Program-made: the position numbers and the translations under genes | IMG/VR virus record: IMGVR_UViG_3300008267_000012 | Source: a virus | Lineage: Duplodnaviria > Caudoviricetes | Strand: one strand, 5' to 3' | DNA: 64,000 nt | Shown: piece by piece, positions 30,901 through 37,808 of the stretch | Layout: each line of letters begins with the position of its first letter | Numbering within the stretch: the stretch's first letter is position 1 | Notes under the pieces: model-generated | What the model was told of the DNA's origin: nothing | The model's database searches: none | The model's input: only the letters and a program-made list of their open reading frames with translations

Positions 30901-31351
30901 CAAAAGTATCTTGGTCAATATATAACCAAGTATCTATTGTAAACCCATTTTCTGTTCTATATTTTCCAAGTTGAAAATATTTATCATGTAATTTAAAATA
31001 AGTGCTTAAATAACCTCCTGATAATTCAAATGAATTACCTTCATTACCTGAATTTGTTGTTATTTGTGGGAATGTAGTATTTCCCTCACCATCGTTATAT
31101 CCTAATCTTTGAAAGATTAAATTTCTATCTCTTCTTGTAAAAGTTTTTGTTTGTGTTAAAGATGTTGCAAGACCAAAATCGTACATTGTTTGACCATATC
31201 CTGTTAAAGTAAGGTCGGACAAAATATAATTTTCCCAAAATGTTAAACTAGTTACAGAAAATCCTGCATTATTGTCAAACGACTTTATATTTGAAATGTC
31301 AAAATCAAATATAATGTTATCTTTGGTAAGTCCTGTATTATTGAATATCAT
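24902..31351 (-). CDS. Giant virion protein (2149 aa): split LamG domain containing nine nested CBM4/9-like modules
   Basis: LamG N-part (FTIDTWLY, GWTNIVTTF, FKIYVNGKL, INWGGG) and LamG C-part (FYGKIQRLRMY...EIKKNY) flank nine A-halves (GxFE...SGxxSLxL) and nine B-halves (xxKKY...FYDDNS...W..L..EF.TP...F.FDDF). Confidence 0.85.
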   Translation of the reverse strand: MIFNNTGLTKDNIIFDFDISNIKSFDNNAGFSVTSLTFWENYILSDLTLTGYGQTMYDFGLATSLTQTKTFTRRDRNLIFQRLGYNDGEGNTTFPQITTNSGNEGNSFELSGGYLSTYFKLHDKYFQLGKYRTENGFTIDTWLYIDQDTFDNINSFTDGFFLYLGAKSENKFNIAFSGANDDTSKITYDTNSYLPDIEYNAAGLKFNDDKTISLRYLVTSGFVTEYKSDNPILTTGWTNIVTTFRYCKKIKDFEGDNLIDCVSRRDGFFKIYVNGKLFHEVDNTEEFFWLRPLSIDADRQIGIPYTINWGGGTWGLKHSYVDAFSSATVTENIITGRDFIYQSGYSIENLSGYSYTLVTGQTLFNDGDFGTFETAINNVSTDLVNSLLLSSSTQVYSGSGSLLLTYNDYTASTFSSITDNLLRFTQPISINPNKRYIYAANLYDHDSFNCYINEISLGFIENLDSEITVITSHTYLTTEDLPNTWSNIIFEFQTPQVITGLTAYTPAVKIEDLTAGTRFYELYFDSFTFDEYDVQITGGTSQIEYGDTNTLSAATTGATTDVLYNLFSTVLSQDNSVLLMNVNPTTVVSSTTISASTNLINDIYQAGNVITEVYNGLLEISADHPYQCETTLKLSNSSASTLSYTSDTNNLLLINTLPTPMFGTTGITVNPNSRYIYTAKFYDDNSFTGNNKSVFLSFQGGLDPENTVLTAVTYDNTVEKRKWVDLKLEFTTPSAITGITNYLPSIEVGFIFDLVNDYKFYFDEISVIEYSPSILETVISTSGLTFSATGDNLLIFNPVNIIPDRKYVYKGKFYDDNSYNSGETKGVYLTFSGGLDSENIVISSLTYTTTTPSQTWTDLQLDFLSPSVITGNTSYLPVIKFVNPTGISIDYKFIFDDFVFEQYNVSGNTNYFLNGDNGTFENNITGITSDVIDIIIDSSTALTHSGNYSLKLKPLDPITSITYLTGYATSYTYFFNSSYTIDFETSISGVTTDVLDVVITSTTAQTFSGLSSLILSASSSSTKTIYEYVSAGTILYDFEGSISGFTTEISAATLTSSTEQFSNQYFTSSTSLKLFGDASGITVTTGLTVYTGNVITNGNSGTFEFLSNGINTNNTAAYFYEVYPVLSGSVSLRVAPYPQQDSYAPFFSIDKNLFYFVNNITLLPNAYYYYEGYTYDYTATGQTVFVTAYTGTNASGDVINYSAYTQNIAQTWTGSNKSIYLDTIPTLDPEILILSAETYTSTTSANTWTKLRYVFKTPPIMTGNSIYKFSTSIDYENELAEPSSTTLIFTGGTSGETVTSLTINNQGYNFFFDNYYLSYETIDTYTSFTLSSTTDILVNFSSFTITSDTKYSLNTQFYDDNSYLPNEEKGVILEILNGLDSENIIISSLTYTTTTSSQTWVDLSLEFITPSALTGSTTYTPVAKLYNKSGISSNYKFYFDNFTITNYPLSGFTSFTFSSITNSLLTLSSFTPEINKKYAVSAKFFDDNSYNTGETKGVYIGFLPPLDSEHIFVSSLTYTTSTTSGVWNDLKIEFNTPTQITGNTSYTPYVFVDNPSGINQSYKFYFDDIYTEEYNLLPVLSLTGFSYVYNTGYSKTFESSTENVSSETINSILEVSTEQYFSGNSSLKLALPPLVITQYTSNTLTLNDANFGEFEDSGHTVGITSGITIDLVDGTLETLPFSEVGNPSAFILNVRNTDLTGNTFNSPSNTIFTFTDQKPINPSKVYILETRFNDFFSFTSTYKYVDIDFLNLDSEHELLGKTAYTNSDSFNTWYTLRTEIKTPSIITGATSYTLGVNVDFGDCFPSIYGFKFDDFKLYEQDIVTGLTYSSLTDNIFKFEDININPAKKYTVSTKFYDNNSYLSGESKNIYFDFEPTLSGENIILTSITYNDSVLSNAWVDLSVEFTTPEVLSSFTIYTPVIKVGNITAITESYKFFIDNYTFSEYNLIPDSITSSTATTFTSLTNNLLIFENPLEIKPKKRYILSGYFYDDNGFLPNEEKGIYFDFTNPLDSEIEVLTTTTYNTISSANTWTYLSIDFVTPSEINAYTSYTPIIKFENSTAITSYYNFYFDDISFREYDVVDLTGTTSYTISTEILYNRGIKSVIEENFDGSFYGKIQRLRMYDIDLPFPEIKKNYNYFSDRYGFRKLK

Positions 31352-31362
31352 TCTATTTTATA

Positions 31363-31371
31363 TATAAATAG
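31363..31371 (-). promoter_or_regulatory. Putative late promoter CTATTTATA in an 8-bp inverted repeat (31351-31373)
   Basis: TTCTATTT-ATATATA-AAATAGAA, whose 3' arm includes the A of ATG 31351. Confidence 0.65.
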
Positions 31372-31404
31372 AAAAATATTCAAAAAATGACGTAAGTATT
31401 TGAT

Positions 31405-33975
31405 TTAATTTTGTAATTCTATAAAAGAATTTCCATTCTCATCTTTATCAACCATAATAAGGTAATCAGGATTGATTATATCGCCATATGCATGTTCAAT
31501 AATTAAAATTTTATCAATATCTTGTTTAACTTTATTCATAAGATTTATAAAGTTAATTGCGTTTCTTTCAGAGAGTTTTCCAAATAGTTCATCAAGAAGA
31601 AGAATATTTGGTCTTGACCTATTATTCATAAATCTTAATGCAAGTCTAAGACAAATACAAGCAAATACTCTTTCCATTCCTGAACCTGAAATAACATTTT
31701 GAATAATTTCAGGAGTGTCTTTCTTTGACATTTGAAAAAAGAGTTCACTATCAAAGAAAACATTAAAGTCAATATCTTCTGTATATCCTTGAAGATACAT
31801 ATTTACTTTTGGAATTAATTTCTTTAATAATGTACTTGGAATGCCTTCTCTGTGAATGCAGTTTTGATATTCTTCTCTGATTAATTCTTGTCTTTGCTGT
31901 TCTAAATACTTTGTAATTGTATCTTTATAGTTTTTAATTTCATTTTCAGCAAATTCAATCTTATATTTAAAATCATTTACTTCTTTTTTCAATGATTCTT
32001 TATCATTTTTAAATTCATTGACTTTTGATTTATATGTATCAATTTTTGATTGAATTTTATTATTCTCTTGAATATAAACTATATTAATATCATATCTTTT
32101 TAGAATATCATTTTTTTGAAAGATTTTTAAGTCAATATTTTCAATATGCATTGGAATATTATCATATTCCTGTTTGAATTTATTTCTTTTTTCAATCTCT
32201 TTAATAATTAATTCAATCTTTGTAATCTTTTCTTTTACCTTAGTGATTGCTACACTTTCTTTTTTAATCTCATCCTCAAAACCTTTTATTAATGACCTTT
32301 TACTTTCAGTCATTAATTCTTTATCTTTAATTTCTTCTTTATATTTATCAATATTTTTATTGATTGCTTTTAAATCTAGTTCATATTTCTTTTTATATGA
32401 CTCTTTTTTAATCTCACCTTTGAATTTTTCAATATTAGATTTTAGTTTATCAACTTTTACTTTGATTGATTCAATTGCATCCTCATCTTTTAAACGATTA
32501 CAACTAGGACAAACTTTACTATCTTCTAATGAGGAAATTTCCCTTTCAATTAAATCAATTTGTCTTTCTAAACCAAGTCTATCATTATCAATTTGAGAAT
32601 CAACTTTTGTTATTGCAAGATTTTCTTTATGGATATATCCATTTATTACTGCAATATCATTTGTAATGGTATTAATTTCTTTATTTAAGTCTTTTATTTG
32701 GTCATTCTTAGAAATTAACCAACCATTGAATGAATTTGATTTTTCCTTTAATGAATTATAAAGTTCTTCATCTAAAACAAACTTATTAAGTTCCTCAATT
32801 TGTTTTAAAAGGTCTTTTTGTGACCTTTTCTTTTCTTCTTTATCATTAATAAGTTTATTAATCTCATCTTTAATTTGATTAATATTTAGATTCGTTAATT
32901 TGGAATCAATTGGTTTTAATGTCTTAATTGTATTCTCAACATGAAGTTCACCATTTGAAATCCTTTCATTTAGAGTATTAATTTTATCTTCCCTATCTTC
33001 TATTTGAGTTTTATAATCCTCAATATAAACTTTTGCATCATCAATAAGTTGATTATACCTATCAACAGATATATTTAAAAGACTTTCTTTTTTATATTCA
33101 TTTTTCTTATAGGCTTTGAATACTTCAAGTTTCTTTTCAAATATATCAAGACCAGTATCTCTAAGAATTGAATCTAAGAATTTAGCATGGTCGGTTGTAA
33201 GAATATCATTTAAAGTATCAGCATTAATTAAGGATTTTGTGATAAATTCATCAAAATCCCCAATTGAATGTTCAATTAACTTTTGAGTATTAGTTTTATC
33301 CTGTTCTGAAAGATTATTTTCATCAATTATCTCACCATTTGAGTCTAATTTATTGAAATAGGTCTTTGTTGAGCATGAGGTAATCTCTGTATGTGTTTTA
33401 TCCCATTTTCTTTCAGTTCTTCTTCTAATGGCATAATCTTCACCATTGATTTCAACGATTAACTGAACTTCTGAATAATCTTTTTTGTTATTGTTGTTGA
33501 TAAATTTATTATCTCTGTTCTTCTCTTTTTTGAGAGTATCAAAGGTAGTACCATAAAGACCATATGTAATAGAGTTTAAAATGTTTGAGTTATGAACTGC
33601 AATGTTATTGGCATAATATTCACCAATACCTTCAACTTGAATATCTACTAAGTCAATAGTGGTTTGTGGGCATGTTGAAATTCTAAAAATATTTTCAATT
33701 CCATCTTTAGTTTTGACTTTAATGAAAGACCATTCATTTTTAATTTCATCAAATGATTTAAAAAGACCTAAATCTGTTCTAATAAGATGGTCTTTTGAAA
33801 CGGATAATCTTTTTCCTTTTTCCGTTTCTAATGTCCAATATTGGGAATCTTTTGAAGTGACATCATAGGCAAGAATTTTTGAATACCCACATGGGGTTTC
33901 AACCTCAATGTTTAATTCAAGAAGTAAGTCTTTTAATATTCTAAGATTTTCAATCTTTATCTGTTTCTCTGTCAT
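31405..33975 (-). CDS. sbcC: C-terminal half of fractured Rad50/SbcC (gp46-like) ATPase, fused behind IntC of a split intein
   Basis: After ...YYANNIAVHN the sequence resumes S-NILNSITYGLYG. It has Q-loop region, Zn-hook CPSC, coiled coil, signature SGSGME, Walker B ILLLDE and H-loop IIEH. ATG at 33975; the track's 33999 start is TTG. Confidence 0.93.
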   Translation of the reverse strand: MTEKQIKIENLRILKDLLLELNIEVETPCGYSKILAYDVTSKDSQYWTLETEKGKRLSVSKDHLIRTDLGLFKSFDEIKNEWSFIKVKTKDGIENIFRISTCPQTTIDLVDIQVEGIGEYYANNIAVHNSNILNSITYGLYGTTFDTLKKEKNRDNKFINNNNKKDYSEVQLIVEINGEDYAIRRRTERKWDKTHTEITSCSTKTYFNKLDSNGEIIDENNLSEQDKTNTQKLIEHSIGDFDEFITKSLINADTLNDILTTDHAKFLDSILRDTGLDIFEKKLEVFKAYKKNEYKKESLLNISVDRYNQLIDDAKVYIEDYKTQIEDREDKINTLNERISNGELHVENTIKTLKPIDSKLTNLNINQIKDEINKLINDKEEKKRSQKDLLKQIEELNKFVLDEELYNSLKEKSNSFNGWLISKNDQIKDLNKEINTITNDIAVINGYIHKENLAITKVDSQIDNDRLGLERQIDLIEREISSLEDSKVCPSCNRLKDEDAIESIKVKVDKLKSNIEKFKGEIKKESYKKKYELDLKAINKNIDKYKEEIKDKELMTESKRSLIKGFEDEIKKESVAITKVKEKITKIELIIKEIEKRNKFKQEYDNIPMHIENIDLKIFQKNDILKRYDINIVYIQENNKIQSKIDTYKSKVNEFKNDKESLKKEVNDFKYKIEFAENEIKNYKDTITKYLEQQRQELIREEYQNCIHREGIPSTLLKKLIPKVNMYLQGYTEDIDFNVFFDSELFFQMSKKDTPEIIQNVISGSGMERVFACICLRLALRFMNNRSRPNILLLDELFGKLSERNAINFINLMNKVKQDIDKILIIEHAYGDIINPDYLIMVDKDENGNSFIELQN
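33589..33975 (-). mobile_element. IntC fragment (~129 aa) of an atypically split mini-intein
   Basis: IKIENL, VETPCG, block B VSKDH, KTKDG, block F LVDIQV, block G YYANNIAVHN followed by Ser+1 (33586-33588). No endonuclease domain. Confidence 0.92.
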
Positions 33976-34525
33976 TTTCAAGTAATGGAAAAATTTCAAT
34001 AATATTATTTACCCTATTGTTATGATTCTCATACTTCTTTTCAGGGTCAAATAAAATAATTTTTGTATTATCAAAAGATAATTCTGATAGTTTAGGATTT
34101 GCAGTTAGTATATAATCAAAATCATCATCAATGTAGTCTACAAATCTATTGTAGAATCTAATTTCATCAAAATAAAATCCTGCTGAAAAGTTTGATATAT
34201 AGAAAGCAGTTAAGTTTCTAAATTTATGTCCTTCTCTTGATATCATTACTATCTTATACCCATTTTCGGATAGTTCAGGATAAATTTGATTTAACTGTGC
34301 AATCAATTCTTTTGATGGTAATGTTGATTTAGCAAACAATTCATAGGAATATTGATACAAGAATTCTTCTAACTCATTACCTTCAAAATTAAATGAAAGT
34401 AATGGATTGAATGGGTCAATTGGATAACCTACTGACCTATCAGCAAACTCAATTTGATAGTATTGTTGAAATTTTTTGATAAAATCCCTTAAAATTCCGT
34501 TTACTTCTATTGCAAAAGTTTTCAT
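33950..34525 (-). CDS. HAD-superfamily 5'-nucleotidase-like protein with degenerate catalytic motif
   Basis: FAIEVNGILRDF in place of the canonical DxDGVLxDF; IVMISRE (motif II); YILTANP. Its 3' end overlaps the IntC-sbcC start by 26 nt. Confidence 0.6.
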   Translation of the reverse strand: MKTFAIEVNGILRDFIKKFQQYYQIEFADRSVGYPIDPFNPLLSFNFEGNELEEFLYQYSYELFAKSTLPSKELIAQLNQIYPELSENGYKIVMISREGHKFRNLTAFYISNFSAGFYFDEIRFYNRFVDYIDDDFDYILTANPKLSELSFDNTKIILFDPEKKYENHNNRVNNIIEIFPLLENDRETDKD

Positions 34526-34529
34526 ATGA

Positions 34530-34537
34530 CAAATATA
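34530..34537 (-). promoter_or_regulatory. Bacteroidota-type -7 promoter box TATATTTG
   Basis: Matches TAnnTTTG; 4 nt upstream of ATG 34525. Confidence 0.6.
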
Positions 34538-34577
34538 AAAAAAATTATCGTATTATATTATCAAATTCAATAAAAAA

Positions 34578-35651
34578 ATGGATAAATTAGAAAAATTAAA
34601 CCAATTATTTAGTGATATTGAAAATAAAAATTTCAATATTTACTTGTATGTTCCTTCTATTCCTGAGAATGTATACTCAATGGCGGTTGAAGAAATATAT
34701 AACATTTGTTATCTCTTAAAAAGGAATAACTATAATGCTTTTCTTATTACAGGTGAAGATGAAAAAGAGCCTGAATATAAGATTCCTTTATATCTATCTG
34801 AAGAACTAAGGTCTTTACCGCATCTCTCACCAAAAAAAGACAATATCAGCGTTTCTCCAAGCGATGTAATGATTGTACCTGAGTTTTTTGTAAATGTAAT
34901 GCATCAAATTTCAGAAGCAAAGATTCAATGTGAAAAGATTGTTCTTTGTCAATCACAAACATATATGCTTGATTCTCTTCCACCAAATCATACTTGGGCG
35001 GCATGGGGATTCAATACAATTATTACAACTTCTGAACAGTTAAAGGAATTTATTCAAAGAAATTCAAGAGTAAATTATAATATTGAATCATATACTATTG
35101 GTATTCCTGATTATTTTAAACCTAAAAAAATCAAAAAACCAATTATTATGTATTTTTCAAGAGAGGATAGTGTAATTAAAAGATTATCAAAGATTTTCTT
35201 TATGAAATATCCTGAACTTTCTTGGGTATTGTTTGAAAGAGTTCAAGGTGGTGAACCATTTATCACAAGAGAAAAACTTGCTGAAAAAATGGGTGAAATT
35301 CCTGTTCTTCTTTGGCTTGATAAGGATGCAGGTTTTGGTACACTTCCACTTGAAGCAATGAAAAGTGGTGCTGTAGTTGTAGGTATGATTCCTGAACTTG
35401 AAAAGGATTATACTAAAGCTGATGATACAGCAGTTTGGTCAAATTCACTTGAAGTGCTTGCTGAACAACTTGGTGTTATTATTAAAGAATGGATGGTTGA
35501 TAATATCCCAACTAATGTTTATGAAAATATGCAAAAAGTTTCAAATCAGTTTACAACTGAAAATCATGAAAAAACACTAATTCAAGCTTTTTCAAACATC
35601 GTTGAAAATAGAAAAAATTTAATTAATCAAGCAATAGAAAATGAAAAATAA
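34578..35651 (+). CDS. GT-B fold glycosyltransferase (GT4-like)
   Basis: DVMIVPEFF, AGFGTLPLEAMKSGAVVVG; paralogue of 48294-49247. Confidence 0.75.
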   Translation: MDKLEKLNQLFSDIENKNFNIYLYVPSIPENVYSMAVEEIYNICYLLKRNNYNAFLITGEDEKEPEYKIPLYLSEELRSLPHLSPKKDNISVSPSDVMIVPEFFVNVMHQISEAKIQCEKIVLCQSQTYMLDSLPPNHTWAAWGFNTIITTSEQLKEFIQRNSRVNYNIESYTIGIPDYFKPKKIKKPIIMYFSREDSVIKRLSKIFFMKYPELSWVLFERVQGGEPFITREKLAEKMGEIPVLLWLDKDAGFGTLPLEAMKSGAVVVGMIPELEKDYTKADDTAVWSNSLEVLAEQLGVIIKEWMVDNIPTNVYENMQKVSNQFTTENHEKTLIQAFSNIVENRKNLINQAIENEK

Positions 35652-36447
35652 TACCTTAGAAAATTTAACAGTAATTATTCCACTTAATAAGTTGGAGAAT
35701 GAATTGGATACTCAATTGTTTAATGTAGCGATTGAATCTATCTTTACACAAAAGAGTGATATCGTTCCAAGCGAAGTAATTATTATTACAAACAAAGAAA
35801 CTAAAGAACAAATTAAAACAGATAGACCTGTTAGTTTTGTTTTGAATGATGAAACTTCTAATAATTATCAAAGTCAAATTAACAAAGCTGTAAAAGAAGT
35901 TAAAACTTCATTTTTTATGATTTTGGATGGTGATGATGAATTTACACCAATTTATTTTGAAAATGTATCAGACCATATGGAAGAAATGTCAAATGTTGAT
36001 ATGTTCCTACCAATTGTTGCAGATGTTACATTAGATAAAAAGATTCATCGCTATATTAATGAAATCAATTGGGCAAAAGATGTAACAAATGATAAACATG
36101 GTTATCTTACAATGGAAACATTGATGAATTACAATCTTGTTTCAATTAATGGTGCTGTAATTAGAAAAGAAAAATTTGAAGAAGCAGGTGGTTTGAAAGA
36201 ATCAATGAAGCTTACTTTTGTTTATGAATTCTTAATGAGATTTACTAACATTGATGGTATTACATATACTATACCTAAGATTGGTTATCTAAGAAAAATA
36301 AACAGAGAAAATTGTTATTTAGCTGAAATGTCAAAAATGGATGGTGATGAAGTTAATTTTTGGTGGGGTTTGGCTAAAAAAGAATATGTTTGGCCTCATG
36401 ATAGAAATAAAACCTATGTAAAGAAAGAAGAAACACCTGTTATTTAA
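35641..36447 (+). CDS. GT-A fold glycosyltransferase (GT2-like)
   Basis: LTVIIPL, QINKAV, FMILDGDD (DxD), GGLKESM, YEFLMRF. Confidence 0.8.
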   Translation: MKNNTLENLTVIIPLNKLENELDTQLFNVAIESIFTQKSDIVPSEVIIITNKETKEQIKTDRPVSFVLNDETSNNYQSQINKAVKEVKTSFFMILDGDDEFTPIYFENVSDHMEEMSNVDMFLPIVADVTLDKKIHRYINEINWAKDVTNDKHGYLTMETLMNYNLVSINGAVIRKEKFEEAGGLKESMKLTFVYEFLMRFTNIDGITYTIPKIGYLRKINRENCYLAEMSKMDGDEVNFWWGLAKKEYVWPHDRNKTYVKKEETPVI

Positions 36448-36449
36448 TA

Positions 36450-37244
36450 ATGACTGAAAATAAAAAGGGTAGACGTGGTAGAAAAGCTAAACCAGGGTCT
36501 ATAAAAGAGTATTTTACTGACGATACAGAAAAGGCTATTATTAAATATAATAGCCCTGACTGTTCGTTAGAAGAAAAAAATGAGATTTATGAGAAACAAA
36601 TTCATAAGGCTCTAAAAAAACTTGCTTATTTTACCGCTAAATCATACTTCCTTTATTTTTCAAAGCGTTATACGATAGAAGATATGGAAAATGACCTTCT
36701 GATTTTTGCCTTCAATAATCTTCATATGTTTAATCCTGAAAAGATTAATAAACATGGTGTAAAATCAAAGGCATTTTCCTATTTCTCTACAATTTGTAAA
36801 AACGAAGCAAAACACATATCTGAAAGAAACTTTAATCAAGATAAATCTAGTGATGATGTTGTAGAAAATCTTGATTTATTTGAAAGAGATTTATCATTAT
36901 CATATTACATTGATGAAAACTTAGATGATTATACCGATACTAACTATATTAAAATAGTTTTTTTGGGTATGTGTAATGAAATTAAAAACAAAATAGAAAC
37001 AGATAAATTATTAAAAGAAATTGATGTTAATATTGGTTATTCATTAATCTCAATAATTGAAAACTTTAAGTATATTAATGAACCAACTGAATCAAAAATG
37101 AGTTTATTTTTTATCAATAATAGAGTTATTGATATGATTTGTGAAATCACAGAAAATAGATATAAAAAACAAGACATTAAAAAATCACTTAAAACATTTA
37201 AATGTGTCTATACAAAACTCAAAGATGAATATATGAATAATTAA
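36450..37244 (+). CDS. T4 gp55-like late-transcription sigma factor
   Basis: YFTDDTEKAIIKYN...EDMENDLLIFAFNNLHMFNPEK...SKAFSYFSTICKN resembles the gp55 region-2 pattern FDPEKS..FAYFTxI..N, by recall. Confidence 0.65.
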   Translation: MTENKKGRRGRKAKPGSIKEYFTDDTEKAIIKYNSPDCSLEEKNEIYEKQIHKALKKLAYFTAKSYFLYFSKRYTIEDMENDLLIFAFNNLHMFNPEKINKHGVKSKAFSYFSTICKNEAKHISERNFNQDKSSDDVVENLDLFERDLSLSYYIDENLDDYTDTNYIKIVFLGMCNEIKNKIETDKLLKEIDVNIGYSLISIIENFKYINEPTESKMSLFFINNRVIDMICEITENRYKKQDIKKSLKTFKCVYTKLKDEYMNN

Positions 37245-37253
37245 CTATTTATC
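37245..37253 (+). promoter_or_regulatory. Putative late promoter variant CTATTTATC
   Basis: 15 nt upstream of ATG 37269; overlapping inverted repeats, one (TTATCTA/TAGATAA) covering the A of the ATG. Confidence 0.45.
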
Positions 37254-37268
37254 TATAAATAATAGATA

Positions 37269-37571
37269 ATGGATGAGTTTAATATTTATGATGGGTTTAT
37301 AGACGACAATAGATTCTCAACACTACCATACTTTAAAATAGATGAGAGTGATACTGATATTTATATTGAATGGAATGTTGGTAATCGTTTAGATAGATTA
37401 GCATATACCTATTATCAGAACGCAGCATTGGGTAAATTCATATTAATGGCAAATCCCCAATACCTATCCGAAGGGGATTTAGATATTGGGGATATTTTAA
37501 GAATACCCATGCCAAAAGAAGATATGTTTGCCATACTAAGAAATAGAATTGAACTCTCAAGGAAGTTCTAA
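37269..37571 (+). CDS. LysM-like baseplate wedge / tail-X-like protein
   Basis: GNRLDRLAYTYYQNAALGKFILMANP...LDIGDILRIP. Confidence 0.75.
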   Translation: MDEFNIYDGFIDDNRFSTLPYFKIDESDTDIYIEWNVGNRLDRLAYTYYQNAALGKFILMANPQYLSEGDLDIGDILRIPMPKEDMFAILRNRIELSRKF

Positions 37572-37808
37572 TCTAACTCCAAGATATCTGTTCTTGATAA
37601 ATTCTATAAATGCTTTTCCTGTTGAGTCTGCATCCTGTAGTTTAAAGTAATCTTCAGGTTTAACATTATCATATTGATATCTTAGATTACCCTTTACGAA
37701 AGTTACATATAAGGTATTGTTAGATGTATCATAAGTAGATGATACAATGTTTGATGAATCATACGTTGCTTCAACGATTCCATCTTCTTGTTTAACACTA
37801 GTTGTCAT
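37557..37808 (-). CDS. KTSC domain protein
   Basis: SSNIVSSTYD..NNTLYVTF..G..YQYDNV...Y..L..ADSTGKAF...IK..Y is the KTSC consensus. Confidence 0.88.
   Translation of the reverse strand: MTTSVKQEDGIVEATYDSSNIVSSTYDTSNNTLYVTFVKGNLRYQYDNVKPEDYFKLQDADSTGKAFIEFIKNRYLGVRLELP

Noticed and set aside
33976-33999. Track start (TTG, MKFFHYLK) for the IntC-sbcC ORF
   Set aside because: ATG at 33975 gives an intein-like N-terminus (MTEKQIKIENL) and a shorter overlap. TTG starts at 2616, 48310 and 59389 were set aside likewise.
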